Source of the DNA: Methanobacteriota archaeon
Lineage (GTDB): Archaea > Thermoplasmatota > E2 > DHVEG-1
Direction of reading: 5' to 3'
NCBI GenBank assembly: GCA_963769885.1
Contig: CAVYNH010000004.1
Span: forward strand, 160,001 to 224,000
DNA length: 64,000 bases
The notes under the pieces are model-generated. The model saw only the letters and a program-made list of their open reading frames with translations. It made no database searches and was not told where the DNA came from. The translations under genes and the position numbers were made by a program. Positions 53,675-64,000 of the stretch are shown one piece after another. The first letter of the stretch is position 1. The number at the start of each line of letters is the position of its first letter.

Positions 53675-53968
53675 CTAATAATGGTACGTTGACATCAATA
53701 TGACGTTGACCAGGAGCAGGATCACCCCGAAGATTAGGAGGAGCACCTTGGTGTCCCGGTCGATTTTCTCCACGAACACTGAGCCGAGGATCATGGAGAG
53801 GCAGACGATGCCCATCCCCGACAGCTTCACGACTTCTGATACCTGCGCCGGGACCTGATACGATGTCGTACTCGGACCCAGCACGATGTTCGAGACCATC
53901 CCCAGGAAGAACAGGATGATGCCGCCCACGAGTCCGAGCGTGAACAGGTTATATTTATCCATCCGCAT
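53675..53968 (-). CDS. Three-TM membrane protein, paralogous to the N-terminal part of 53225-53659
   Basis: Shared LG...GI..F.G, VS..VKL, IDR....L.LI.G pattern. Confidence 0.75.
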   Translation of the reverse strand: MRMDKYNLFTLGLVGGIILFFLGMVSNIVLGPSTTSYQVPAQVSEVVKLSGMGIVCLSMILGSVFVEKIDRDTKVLLLIFGVILLLVNVILMSTYHY

Positions 53969-54161
53969 AGTCCAACATCCTCACCTAAATCATAACGCTG
54001 GATGCTTAAAGAAGGTTTCTCAGATAAAATTTTGATTAATCACTCCCCAGACACACCATCTCAGGAAGAGTTAAACACAAATAGTTCCTCATCATTACCA
54101 AACACCAAACCTGTATCCGCTCCTATGCATCTCTCTTGGGGGATAGGGACCATAGCACCAC

Positions 54162-55175
54162 ATGGAACAATCAACTATGAGCGCACCACACCCAAAACCA
54201 GCCTCTTCTAAACCCACCGTCGCCCTCTACTGGGCGGCCAGCTGCGGCGGCTGCGAAATCGCCATGCTCGACCTCGACGAAAAAATCCTCGACGTCGTCA
54301 ACGCCGTCGACCTCATCTTCTGGCCCGTCGCCCTCGACACCAAATACAAAGAAATCGAGGCCATGCCGGACCACAGCATCGACGTGTGCCTCTTCAACGG
54401 CGCCATCCGCACCACGGAAAACGAACACATGGCAAAACTCCTGCGCAAAAAAGCCAAAATCCTCATCGCCTTCGGCGCCTGCGCAGTCTCTGGCGGCATC
54501 CCCGGCCTCTCCAACCTCACCACCAAAAAGGACACCCTCACCACTGCCTACCTCGACAACCCCAGCACCCCCAACCCCACCAAGACACTCCCACAACCCC
54601 ATACGAAAGCCAAAGAAGGCGACCTCACCATCCCAGACCTCTACGAAACAGTCAAAACCCTTGACCAAACCGTCCCCGTCGACTACTACCTCCCCGGCTG
54701 CCCCCCACCCACTGACCTCATCCTCAACGCCCTCACCGCCATCACCACTAACACACTCCCAGAAAAAGGAACCGTCCTCGCCCCCTTGAAATCCGTCTGC
54801 GATGAATGCCGCTTCAAAAAAACCGATAAGAAAATGACCACCATCACCAGAATCCAAGACCTCGACCACACCCCCGACTCCTGCCTCCTCGACCACGGCC
54901 TCATCTGCCTCGGACCCGCCACCCGCGGCGGCTGCAAAGGACGCTGCATCGACGCCAACGCCCCCTGCACCGGCTGCGGCGGACTCCTCCCCAACAGCCT
55001 CGACCAGGGCGCCGCCATGATCACCGCCCTCGCCAGCCTCCTCGGAATCGAGACGGAAGACAAAACCACAGACCACGACCTCGACATCCTCCTCGCCAAG
55101 ATCCAGGACCTCGCCGGCACCTTCTACAAATACACCCTCCCAGCCTCCCTCATCAACAAGCGGAGGACCCCATGA
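54162..55175 (+). CDS. mvhG: F420-non-reducing (group 3c) [NiFe]-hydrogenase small subunit
   Basis: SCGGC, FGACA..GG, PGCPP, VCDEC, C.G..TRGGC...C....PCTGC. Confidence 0.9.
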   Translation: MEQSTMSAPHPKPASSKPTVALYWAASCGGCEIAMLDLDEKILDVVNAVDLIFWPVALDTKYKEIEAMPDHSIDVCLFNGAIRTTENEHMAKLLRKKAKILIAFGACAVSGGIPGLSNLTTKKDTLTTAYLDNPSTPNPTKTLPQPHTKAKEGDLTIPDLYETVKTLDQTVPVDYYLPGCPPPTDLILNALTAITTNTLPEKGTVLAPLKSVCDECRFKKTDKKMTTITRIQDLDHTPDSCLLDHGLICLGPATRGGCKGRCIDANAPCTGCGGLLPNSLDQGAAMITALASLLGIETEDKTTDHDLDILLAKIQDLAGTFYKYTLPASLINKRRTP

Positions 55176-56635
55176 CCAAGACCATCACCATCGACCCCAT
55201 CACCCGACTCGAAGGACACGGCAAAATCACCATCTTCCTCAACCAAAACGGAGACGTCGACAACGCCTACCTCCAAATCCCCGAACTCCGCGGCTTCGAA
55301 CGCTTCACCCAAGGCCGCCGCGCCGAAGACATGCCCCAAATCACCTCAAGGATCTGCGGCGTCTGCCCCGTCGCCCACCACATGGCCGCCACCAAAGCCT
55401 TGGACGCCGCCTACCACGCCCACCCCCCACCCACCGCCCAAAAACTCAGAGAACTCCTCTACATGGGCTACCTCATCTACGACCACATCCTCCACTTCTA
55501 CTTCCTCGGCGGACCAGACTTCATCGTCGGCCCCGACGCACCACCCGCCAAACGCAACATCCTCGGCGTCATCGAAAAAGCAGGCCTCGACGTCGGCAAA
55601 GACGTCATCAAACACCGCGCCTACGGCCAACAGATCACCGCCATCCTCGGCGGCAAAGCCACCCACCCCGTCTGCGGCATCCCCGGCGGCGTCACCAAAG
55701 GACTCACCACCGAGGAACAACAACGAATCCGACCCATGATCGCCAGCTGCAAAACCTTCGCCCAGTTCACCCTCAAACTCTTCAACGACATCGTCCTCCA
55801 AAACAACGACTACCTCAGCCTCATCAAATCCGACGCCTACACCCTCAAGACCTACAACATGGGCCTCGTCGACCACCACAACCACGTCGCCTTCTACGAC
55901 GGCACCATCCGCGTCACCGACCCCACCGGTAAAGAATATCTCACCTTTCAACCCCAAGACTACGCAAATCACATCGCCGAACACGTCGAACCCTGGAGCT
56001 ACATGAAATTCCCATACCTCAAAACACTCGGCTGGCACGGCCTCACCGACGGCAAAGACAACGGCATCTACCGCGTCGGACCCCTCGGCAGACTCAACGC
56101 CGCCGACGGCATGGCCACCCCCCACGCCAACAAAGAATACCAACGCCTCATGGAAACCCTCGGCAAACCCGTTCACTCAACGCTGGCCTTCCACTGGGCG
56201 CGACTCATCGAACTCCTCTACGCCACCGAACGCGCCCAAGAACTCATCGACAACCCCCACATCACCTCCACCCAGATCCGCGTCCCCGTCGGCACACCCA
56301 CCGAAGGCGTCGGCGTCGTCGAAGCCGCCCGCGGCACCCTCATCCACCACTACCAACTCACCCCCGACGGTCTCATCAAGAAAGCCAACCTCATCGTCGC
56401 CACCACAAACAACGCAGGCGCCATCACCATGTCCGTCCGCGACGCCGCCAAAGCCGTCATCCACAACGGCACCGTCAACGACGGCCTCCTTAACCGTATC
56501 GAGATGGCCTTCCGTGCCTACGACCCCTGCTTCGGCTGCGCCACTCACACGCTGCCCGGCGGCATGCCGCTCGCCGTGGACATCTACGACGCCCGTAAAC
56601 GCCTTGTTCACTCCCTCTCGCAGAACCTCTCCTAA
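55172..56635 (+). CDS. mvhA: F420-non-reducing [NiFe]-hydrogenase large subunit
   Basis: TRLEGHG, RICGVC, EAARG.L.H, DPCFGCATH plus cleavable tail. Confidence 0.93.
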   Translation: MTKTITIDPITRLEGHGKITIFLNQNGDVDNAYLQIPELRGFERFTQGRRAEDMPQITSRICGVCPVAHHMAATKALDAAYHAHPPPTAQKLRELLYMGYLIYDHILHFYFLGGPDFIVGPDAPPAKRNILGVIEKAGLDVGKDVIKHRAYGQQITAILGGKATHPVCGIPGGVTKGLTTEEQQRIRPMIASCKTFAQFTLKLFNDIVLQNNDYLSLIKSDAYTLKTYNMGLVDHHNHVAFYDGTIRVTDPTGKEYLTFQPQDYANHIAEHVEPWSYMKFPYLKTLGWHGLTDGKDNGIYRVGPLGRLNAADGMATPHANKEYQRLMETLGKPVHSTLAFHWARLIELLYATERAQELIDNPHITSTQIRVPVGTPTEGVGVVEAARGTLIHHYQLTPDGLIKKANLIVATTNNAGAITMSVRDAAKAVIHNGTVNDGLLNRIEMAFRAYDPCFGCATHTLPGGMPLAVDIYDARKRLVHSLSQNLS

Positions 56636-56644
56636 GGAAAGATC

Positions 56645-57115
56645 ATGAAGATCCTCATCCTCGGCATCGGCAATCCTATCCTGCAGAACGACAGCGTCGG
56701 CCTGCGCATCGCGGACGAACTCGAAACCATGATCAAGGACCCCGAGGTCAGAGTCGACACGGTCTACACCGGCGGTTTGAACCTCTTGGACTGCATCCGT
56801 GGCTTCGACAAAGTCATCCTCATCGATGCCGTCAATGATACCAAGGAGATCGGGACGGTAAGCCGGTATCAACTCCATGAGCTTCCCCCAGGGCATTCCT
56901 GTAACCTGCACGACTGCTCCCTGCTGGAGGCCGTGCAGTTAGCCAAGGCGCTCGGCGATACGAATATCCCTCAGGACATCGTTATCATTGGGGTCTCGGT
57001 GCCCCCAGCTGTTGAATTCGGTGAGAACCTCAGCCCCATGGTTGAACAGGCCATCCCGAAGGTTTTGACTAGTGTCCTGACTGAGCTCGACCAAAAAACG
57101 AGGAGAAGGGCATGA
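56645..57115 (+). CDS. Hydrogenase maturation protease
   Basis: [21 protein letters not shown]. Confidence 0.92.
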   Translation: MKILILGIGNPILQNDSVGLRIADELETMIKDPEVRVDTVYTGGLNLLDCIRGFDKVILIDAVNDTKEIGTVSRYQLHELPPGHSCNLHDCSLLEAVQLAKALGDTNIPQDIVIIGVSVPPAVEFGENLSPMVEQAIPKVLTSVLTELDQKTRRRA

Positions 57116-57534
57116 CGGAGAAAGAATTCGAGCCGAACATCATCGGGTTTCTCTGCAACTGGTGCAGCTACGCTGGTGCGGATTTGGCAGGCACGAGCCG
57201 GATGAAGTACCCGCCGAACCTCAAGGCGATCCGCGTGATGTGCTCGGGGCGGGTCGACCCCGCCTTCGTCCTTGAGGCGCTGTCCCGTGGCGCGGACGGC
57301 GTACTCATCGCGGGGTGCCATCCCGGAGACTGCCATTATCAATCTGGGAACTACAAGATGAACCGACGGATGCGGCTGCTGCGCAAGCTCGTCGAGGAAC
57401 TGGGCATCGAGCCGCAACGAATCCGTTTCGAGTACATCTCGGCCGCGGAGGGACAGAAGTTCGCCTCGGTCGTCACAGAGTTCGTCACCGAAATTAAGAA
57501 GCTTGGCCCGATGACACCCGCAAAACCCGAGTAA
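57112..57534 (+). CDS. mvhD: Hydrogenase iron-sulfur subunit
   Basis: [25 protein letters not shown]. Confidence 0.95.
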   Translation: MTEKEFEPNIIGFLCNWCSYAGADLAGTSRMKYPPNLKAIRVMCSGRVDPAFVLEALSRGADGVLIAGCHPGDCHYQSGNYKMNRRMRLLRKLVEELGIEPQRIRFEYISAAEGQKFASVVTEFVTEIKKLGPMTPAKPE

Positions 57535-57540
57535 TTCTTT

Positions 57541-59583
57541 TCAGCTGGGATTGCCGCCGGCATAGTCAACCGGGGCGACGAGGGGTTTTTTCGTCCCATA
57601 ATACAGCACCTGTTCTGCTTTGCTGCCGTAGCGGTACACGGTGACGCCCTTACAACCGAGCTCCCAGGCCTTCATGTAAATTGCCCGGATATCACCGACG
57701 GTCGCATCATGGGGGAGGTTGACAGTCTTGCTGACGGCGTTGTCGACATGGCGCTGGAAAACAGCCTGCATCTGGAGATGGGATTCTGGGGATATATCCG
57801 CTGCCGTGACGAAGATCTTCTTAAGGTCCAGGGGAAGGGGGAGGTTTTTGACTGATTTCGTTTTTGCGAGTTTATCGATGAGGTCGTTTGTGTAGAGTCC
57901 GCGTTTGAGGAGGGCGAGTTTGAGGGGTTCGCTGACCTCCTGGAGGAGTTTGCCTTCCATGACGCGGCGGTAGAAGACCAGGGCGAAGACAGGTTCGATG
58001 CCAGAGGAGCAGCCAGCGATGATGCTGATGGTGCCGGTGGGGGCGATAGTAAGGTGGGTGGCATTGCGCATAGCTGGATAGCGTGTGGCCCAGGTGCTGT
58101 CTTGGAAGGCAGGGAAGGAGCCGCGCTGCTGACCGAGTTCGACTGATTTTTTGATGGCTTCTTTTTGGATGAAGCGGATGAGACGGTCAGCAATCCTGAG
58201 CCCTTCGTCGCCGTCGTACGGAATCTGGAGGGTGTAGAGGAGTTCGGCGAGGCCCATGACGCCGAGGCCAATCTTGCGGTGCTCTTTGACTATCTTTTCC
58301 GTTTCGGGTAGTGGGTATTTGTTAGCGTCGATGACGTCGTCGAGGAATTGGACGGTGAGGCGGACGGTGAGGCGGAGTTTGTCCCAGTCGATTTTTCTCT
58401 TGGGTGTGATCATTTTCATGAGGTTGATGCTGCCGAGATTGCAGGATTCGTAGGGGAGGAGAGGGACTTCACCGCAGGGGTTCGTAGCTTCGATGTTTCC
58501 GATTTTTTTGAGGGTGTGGCGGCGGTTGATCTCGTCGATGAAGAGGAGGCCGGGGTCGCCGGTCTCCCAGGCGCTTTGGGCGATGAGTGAGAAGAGGTCG
58601 GCGGCTGGGATTTTCTTGATGATTCTATTGGTTTTAGGACTGCGGAGGCTGAGGGGCTCGTTCTTTCTGATTTTCTTCATGAAGGCGTCGGTGGCGGCGA
58701 CGCTGATGTTGAAGTTGGTGAGGCGTCGGCCGGTTTTGGAGGTGGTGAAGTCTTCGATGTCGGGGTGGGTACAGTGGAGGATGCCGATGTTGGCGCCGCG
58801 TCGTTTGCCGCCTTGTTTGATGACGTCGGTGGTCTGGTCGTAGATGTTCATGAAGCTGACGGGGCCGCTGGCGACGCCGCTGGTGCTGCGGACGACCGCG
58901 CCTTTCTCGCGGAGGCGACTGAAGCTGAAGCCGGTGCCGCCGCCAGATTGTTGGATGAGGGCCATGTGTTTGAGGGTGGTGAAGATGCTTTGGAGGCTGT
59001 CTTCTATTGGGAGGACGAAGCAGGCGGCGAGCTGGCCGAGGGGGGTGCCGGCGTTCATGAGGGTGGGGCTGTTGGGGAGGAACTCGAGGTTGGCCATCAT
59101 GTGGTAGAAGGCGTCTGCGGTCTCCTGGATGTTGCCGCCGTACTGTTTCTCGGGTGTGGCGATGGCGTCGGCGACGCGGTGGAAGAGCTGGGTTGGTGTC
59201 TCGGTGATGTGGCCGGTTTCGTCGCGTTGGAGGTAGCGTTCTTCGAGGACTTTGAGGGCGTTGGCGCTGAGTTTGAGGTCGTCTTTGATGTGGAAGTAGG
59301 TTTTAATCTGGCGGGCGGGGCCGCGGCTGCGGCGGTAGAGGCTGTAGGCCATGAAGAGGCGTTTGTCGTAGGCTTCGAGGGCGTCTTCGACGTGGTCTTG
59401 GATGGTCTCGATGTCCGTGACGTCTGTCGGTGGGAGGCTGCGGGTGACTTGGGCGGCGAGGCGGGCGGCGGCGGGGTCGTCGTGGATGTCGATGGCGGCC
59501 ATGGCCTTGCGGATGGCGGCAGCGATCTTGTCTTGGGTGAAGGGGACGAGTTCGCCGGTGCGTTTCCTCACCTGGGTCGGCAT
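57541..59583 (-). CDS. nrdJ: Adenosylcobalamin-dependent (class II) ribonucleotide reductase with ATP cone
   Basis: VRKR.G ATP cone, PNSPTLMNAG, ACFV, TNPCGE, IAPTGTIS, SKTVN, KGVTVYR. Confidence 0.93.
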   Translation of the reverse strand: MPTQVRKRTGELVPFTQDKIAAAIRKAMAAIDIHDDPAAARLAAQVTRSLPPTDVTDIETIQDHVEDALEAYDKRLFMAYSLYRRSRGPARQIKTYFHIKDDLKLSANALKVLEERYLQRDETGHITETPTQLFHRVADAIATPEKQYGGNIQETADAFYHMMANLEFLPNSPTLMNAGTPLGQLAACFVLPIEDSLQSIFTTLKHMALIQQSGGGTGFSFSRLREKGAVVRSTSGVASGPVSFMNIYDQTTDVIKQGGKRRGANIGILHCTHPDIEDFTTSKTGRRLTNFNISVAATDAFMKKIRKNEPLSLRSPKTNRIIKKIPAADLFSLIAQSAWETGDPGLLFIDEINRRHTLKKIGNIEATNPCGEVPLLPYESCNLGSINLMKMITPKRKIDWDKLRLTVRLTVQFLDDVIDANKYPLPETEKIVKEHRKIGLGVMGLAELLYTLQIPYDGDEGLRIADRLIRFIQKEAIKKSVELGQQRGSFPAFQDSTWATRYPAMRNATHLTIAPTGTISIIAGCSSGIEPVFALVFYRRVMEGKLLQEVSEPLKLALLKRGLYTNDLIDKLAKTKSVKNLPLPLDLKKIFVTAADISPESHLQMQAVFQRHVDNAVSKTVNLPHDATVGDIRAIYMKAWELGCKGVTVYRYGSKAEQVLYYGTKKPLVAPVDYAGGNPS

Positions 59584-59671
59584 GGTGATTCATATCATGG
59601 TGTTGTTATTAAAACAATGTCCTCAGGAGAGGGGTGGATTACAGAAAAACCATGCGGGATGGGGGGACGGC

Positions 59672-59872
59672 TTAGGCGTTCTTCATGTCTTCGTCGATGA
59701 GCCGGTCCAGATCCTTGTCCACGCCCTGCTTGCGGGCGATGTTCTGCAGCTCCGCGATGACGTTCTCCCAGAGGACCTGCTGGGCGAGGGCGTAGTCCCA
59801 CATGTCCAGGCGCGTGGGCCCGTCCGCATTCTTGAACTCCTCGATAAACTCTTTCTTATCGTTGTCGTCCAT
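59672..59872 (-). CDS. 66-aa acidic helical protein, paralogue B
   Basis: MDDNDKKEFIEEFKNADGPTRLDMWDYALAQQVLWENVIAELQNIA... Confidence 0.75.
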   Translation of the reverse strand: MDDNDKKEFIEEFKNADGPTRLDMWDYALAQQVLWENVIAELQNIARKQGVDKDLDRLIDEDMKNA

Positions 59873-59877
59873 ACTCG

Positions 59878-60054
59878 CTATTCTTCCGTTATGCGTGCCT
59901 TGGGGTTCGCCGTCTGCGCGATCGTCGACATCTCGGCCAGGAGCTCCTCCCAGATGGCCTCCTGCTCGACCGCGTAGTACCACAGGTCCAACTTCTTGGT
60001 GATGTCCGCCTTCGTGAAGTCGCTGAGGAAGGCCTTCATTTCGTCCTCATTCAT
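59878..60054 (-). CDS. 58-aa acidic helical protein, paralogue A
   Basis: MNEDEMKAFLSDFTKADITKKLDLWYYAVEQEAIWEELLAEMSTIA... Confidence 0.75.
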   Translation of the reverse strand: MNEDEMKAFLSDFTKADITKKLDLWYYAVEQEAIWEELLAEMSTIAQTANPKARITEE

Positions 60055-60200
60055 GGCTGATCCGAATCCCGTACCGGCGTTTCCGTTTGCGTTTCGATAG
60101 AATACCTCACAAGTATATAAGCCCAACGTGTTCGCCGCCCCCTGCTTCCCTGGAGAAAACCAATGGGTTAATAAGACTATAGGATGTTGGCGCTGGCCGC

Positions 60201-60863
60201 ATGATTTCTGTCGTGTCCTTCGACCTTGACGGCACCCTGACCACGTCGTCGTTCGCAGACGCCGTCTGGCTCGACGGCCTGCCCCGGCTCTACGCACAAA
60301 CCACCGGCAAAGACCTCGCCGCTGCGAAGCAGGAGCTGTTCGCGGAGTACGACCGGATCGGCGACCAGCGCCTCGAGTGGTACGACCCCGCCTACTGGTT
60401 CGACCGCTTCCACCTCCCCGGCGACTGGCGCACCATGCTTTATCAGAACCGTTCTCATATCGCCTGCTATCCGGACGTACCCGTGGTCCTCCCCCGCCTC
60501 GCCACACACTACACGCTCATCGTCAGCTCCAACGCGAAACGCGAGTTCATCGACATCGAACTCCAAGAGCTCCACCTCCGCGACTGCTTCACCCACATCT
60601 TCTCCTCCACCTCTGATTTCCATACCGTCAAGAAGGTCACGGAGTTCTACGCTATGATCTGCCAACGACTCAATGTCACACCCTCGCAGATTGTCCACGT
60701 CGGCGATTCCAAACGTTTCGATTACGACGCCCCGCTGGCGGCGGGGATCTCCGCCTATTTCCTGGACCGCACCAGTAAAGAACATGGACCTTTCGTGGTT
60801 CATACGCTTCTTGAATTCGAAGACAAACTAATAAAAAATGAAACGGGGGTTTTGCCCCTATGA
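60201..60863 (+). CDS. HAD-family hydrolase
   Basis: FDLDGTL, SSN, KK, HVGD....D. Confidence 0.92.
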   Translation: MISVVSFDLDGTLTTSSFADAVWLDGLPRLYAQTTGKDLAAAKQELFAEYDRIGDQRLEWYDPAYWFDRFHLPGDWRTMLYQNRSHIACYPDVPVVLPRLATHYTLIVSSNAKREFIDIELQELHLRDCFTHIFSSTSDFHTVKKVTEFYAMICQRLNVTPSQIVHVGDSKRFDYDAPLAAGISAYFLDRTSKEHGPFVVHTLLEFEDKLIKNETGVLPL

Positions 60864-61068
60864 CCCCGTTCAGCCTTCGTTCCTCAACGATTTATGAAAA
60901 ATTTGATATAGAGTCACAATGACCTGAGTCAAAGCGAAATGGAAGGGGATTAGAATTGTGATATAGAGGGAGAAACATTCTTATGATAGAGTATTATAAT
61001 TTTTTTATTGAATTTCAGTTTCAGGGGGAGTATTTATTAGCGGGAAGAAAACCCAGGGTTCAAAACCA

Positions 61069-64000
61069 GTGTATCACCCGATTTTAAAAAAACAAAATGA
61101 AAAAGACCGGGAAACTGGAATCGATATTATCGAAGAAGTTCCATGGGGTACTCATTTATGTCAATTCTACCAGACTAAAGAGGACCTCCTCGACATTCTC
61201 GTCCCATATTTTGCGAAAGGATTGCAGAACAACGAGTTTTGCATGTGGATTACCTCGGAGCCGTTAAATGTTGATGAGGCAAAAAGAGCGTTAAAGAAAG
61301 CACTGAAGAACGCGGATGACTACTTGAAAAAAGGACAGATTGAGATTCTTGATTCGACCGAGTGGTACACAAAATCTGGTAAATTCAATGCGGATGAGGT
61401 GTTAGCAGCATGGATAAAAAAGGAGGCGTTGGCACGGAAAAAAGGGTTTTATGGCCTGCGACTCTCTGGAAATACATTCTGGCTTGAGAAAAAAGATTGG
61501 CAGGATTTTACGAAGTACGAAGAAGCCATCAACCAGGTTATCGGAAATTATCATATGATTGCCATTTGTTCGTATTCACTTGATAAATGTAATGCATCAG
61601 AGATTATCGATGTGGTGAGCAATCATCAATTTGCTTTGATTAAGCGAGAAGGCACCTGGCATCGAATTGAAAGTCCCGAAATCAAGAAATCCGAAGACGA
61701 ACGAATGCGTCTGATGCAAATGATTAACCAGGTTCAGGATGGGATAATCGTTACTGATTCCGACTACCGCATTACCTATTGGAACAAAGGCATGGAACAA
61801 ATTTTTGGATATCGTCAACCCGAAGCATTAGGGAAAATCCCGCTAGAAATATTACGGCCAACCTATGCCCCAGGCGAACGTGAAAAAATCCTTGATGAAA
61901 TGAATCGGCTTAGTACCTCCAAAAATATAATCCATACTAAGCATCGCAATGGAACTGATATTTTTGTTGAGATGCATGCGAAACGTCTAGCAGATAAATT
62001 TGATAATACTTCTGGGTATGTCGTCACATATCGGGATGTAACTGAACGAAAAAAAATTGAAGACGCATTTGCCAAGCAACATGAGGAGCTCCAGACTATT
62101 TTTGACACAGTGCCAGCGTTGATTTTTTATAAAGATAAACAAAATCGGCTCATTCGGACGAATAAAGCATTTGAAAATGCTATGGGTCTACCAAGGGAAA
62201 CGCTCGAGGGAAAATCGTGTTTTGATTTATATCCACGAGAACAAGCCGAGAAGTATTGGAAAGACGACAAACAAGTGATGAAGACCCGTAAAGCAAAATA
62301 CGGCATCATAGAATCAATGGACACTCCAAGCGGTACATTGACATATCTAACAGATAAAATCCCGTATATTGATGAGCAAGGTAACCTCGCAGGGGTCATT
62401 GGCTTCAGCGTTGATATCACTGAGCGGAAGCGGACGGAAACCGAACTGCGGCGCATCGAGTGGCTGTTGACCAAGCATCTTCATTCAACAACCCAACAAG
62501 ACCAGCAGCGTTTAATTATCAGTAATCAACCCTATGGTGATCTCACCAGAATTAATCAATCTAGACTCATTCGTGACTCCGTTGGAAAAGACATTTTAGT
62601 CAATATCGTTGAGGATTACCTTAGCCTCCTCGATACTTCAGCTGCGGTGTATGAGAAAAACGGCGACTATGCGCTAGGCATCTTTACTTCAGGCTGGTGT
62701 CGATTCATGGACCTCGCATCTCGCCGACTCTGTAAAACCACTAATAATTCCAAGGCACTCGCCTCGGGGAAATGGCTCTGCCATGAATCATGCTGGACGA
62801 AAGCTTCCAAGAAATCCATAAAGACGGGGCAGCCTGTTGACATAGTGTGCGACGGTGGTATCCATCTCTTCGCCGTACCAATTCGTGCGGGTGGGGAAAT
62901 CGTTGGTTCTATCAACTTTGGATATGGAAATCCACCTCGAGATCCAAACGAACTTCATGAATTGGCTGTTAAGTACGGCGTGGATTTTGAGGAGTTACGA
63001 AAGAATGCCGAAGCATATGAGGTTCGCCCCCCCTACATCATCGAACTCGCAAAACAACGACTCCAATCATCAGCACAACTAATTGGTGAAATCGTTGAAC
63101 GTAAAAAGGCTGAAGAAGCATTCCTACGAGCAAAAACGGAATGGGAACTGACGTTTAACAGCGTACCTGATCTCATCGCGATACTGGACAAACAATATAA
63201 AATTGTCCGCGTCAATAAAGCCATGGCACAGCGGCTGGGCAGACCCTCGGAACAGTGTAATGGTTTGACGTGTTATTCATGTGTTCATGGGGCGAACAGG
63301 CCACCTTCTGCCTGTCCGCATAGATTAACATTAAGGGATCGGAAGGAACACACGGCGGAGGTCCATGAGGATAAACTTGGTGGTGATTTCCTAGTCACTA
63401 CGACGCCACTCTTTAACGATGAAGGTGAAATGATCGGGAACGTACATGTCGCCCGTGATATCACTGAGCGTAAACACGCCGAAGAGATTCGGATGGAAAG
63501 CGAAAATCGATTGAACAGAGCGCAAGAATTATCGCATCTTGGCAGTTGGGAGCTCAATCTCATCACTAACCAACTCACGTGGTCCGATGAGGTCTATCGG
63601 ATTTTTGGTATGCAACCGCAAGAGTTTGATGCTACCTATGAGGCGTTCCTTCAATCAGTGCATCCAGATGATCGAGCTGCTGTTGATGCTGCGTATTCTG
63701 AATCCCTGCGTGAAGGACGAGATATCTATGAAATAGAACATCGAGTGGCCCGAAAAAACGGTGAAATCCGTGTCGTTTTTGAAAAATGTGAACATATCCG
63801 GAATAAATCCGGCAAAGTCATTCGATCGATGGGAATGGTGCAGGATATCACCGAACGCAAGCATGCGGAAGCAGAACTCACCCGACTTGCGTCGTTTCCA
63901 GAAAAAAATCCTAATCCCATCGTCGAAATTAATCTCACTGGAAAAATTCAGTACCTTAATCCAATATCAAAGAAAGTGTTCCCGGATTTAGAGACGAAAC
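61069..64000 (+). CDS. Multi-sensor signal transduction protein, MEDS-PAS-PAS-PocR-PAS-PAS-PAS (runs off window; start uncertain)
   Basis: Open frame 1, missing from ORF track as it has no stop in window: [11 protein letters not shown]...LRLSGN (MEDS), repeated D(I/V)TERK, W.CHESC...C.GG.....VPI (PocR). Confidence 0.88.
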   Translation, partial: MYHPILKKQNEKDRETGIDIIEEVPWGTHLCQFYQTKEDLLDILVPYFAKGLQNNEFCMWITSEPLNVDEAKRALKKALKNADDYLKKGQIEILDSTEWYTKSGKFNADEVLAAWIKKEALARKKGFYGLRLSGNTFWLEKKDWQDFTKYEEAINQVIGNYHMIAICSYSLDKCNASEIIDVVSNHQFALIKREGTWHRIESPEIKKSEDERMRLMQMINQVQDGIIVTDSDYRITYWNKGMEQIFGYRQPEALGKIPLEILRPTYAPGEREKILDEMNRLSTSKNIIHTKHRNGTDIFVEMHAKRLADKFDNTSGYVVTYRDVTERKKIEDAFAKQHEELQTIFDTVPALIFYKDKQNRLIRTNKAFENAMGLPRETLEGKSCFDLYPREQAEKYWKDDKQVMKTRKAKYGIIESMDTPSGTLTYLTDKIPYIDEQGNLAGVIGFSVDITERKRTETELRRIEWLLTKHLHSTTQQDQQRLIISNQPYGDLTRINQSRLIRDSVGKDILVNIVEDYLSLLDTSAAVYEKNGDYALGIFTSGWCRFMDLASRRLCKTTNNSKALASGKWLCHESCWTKASKKSIKTGQPVDIVCDGGIHLFAVPIRAGGEIVGSINFGYGNPPRDPNELHELAVKYGVDFEELRKNAEAYEVRPPYIIELAKQRLQSSAQLIGEIVERKKAEEAFLRAKTEWELTFNSVPDLIAILDKQYKIVRVNKAMAQRLGRPSEQCNGLTCYSCVHGANRPPSACPHRLTLRDRKEHTAEVHEDKLGGDFLVTTTPLFNDEGEMIGNVHVARDITERKHAEEIRMESENRLNRAQELSHLGSWELNLITNQLTWSDEVYRIFGMQPQEFDATYEAFLQSVHPDDRAAVDAAYSESLREGRDIYEIEHRVARKNGEIRVVFEKCEHIRNKSGKVIRSMGMVQDITERKHAEAELTRLASFPEKNPNPIVEINLTGKIQYLNPISKKVFPDLETK

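Noticed and set aside
54162-57534. Selenocysteine-type hydrogenase or novel complex
   Set aside because: All ligand positions are Cys with no in-frame TGA; ordinary Mvh-type operon, and hdr genes may lie elsewhere.
57541-59583. Intein in ribonucleotide reductase
   Set aside because: Motifs are contiguous and the 680-aa length leaves no room.

Overview
Archaeal chromosomal window, most likely Thermoplasmatota (inferred from egsA, NMD3, archaeal D-aminoacyl-tRNA deacylase, UPF0179, DUF63, split LplA/LplB, PGF-CTERM surface proteins). It mixes housekeeping genes with bacterial-type metabolic enzymes (metK, pfkA, single-chain nifJ-type PFOR, cysDNC), an Mvh-type [NiFe]-hydrogenase operon, class II RNR, many secreted Ig/FG-GAP/PKD proteins, one tRNA-Leu(CAA) and several AT-rich inserts. 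The most notable observations: (1) an AT-rich DUF5343 + HEPN (RNECAH) gene pair that is a candidate defence or toxin-antitoxin system; (2) integrase-less single-gene cassettes separated by copies of tRNA 3' ends; (3) two distant, unannotated, apparently homologous microproteins, each preceded by the same AGGG(C/G)TGTACAACAA hairpin-TATA element; (4) a kilobase-scale sawtooth of extreme C+A versus G+T strand skew that ignores the direction of several genes; (5) three single-base frameshifts that can all be placed at AGTAC+C, possibly a methylation-linked sequencing signature. No CRISPR array, transposase or integrase was seen. Family calls come from motif recognition by eye, not database searches.
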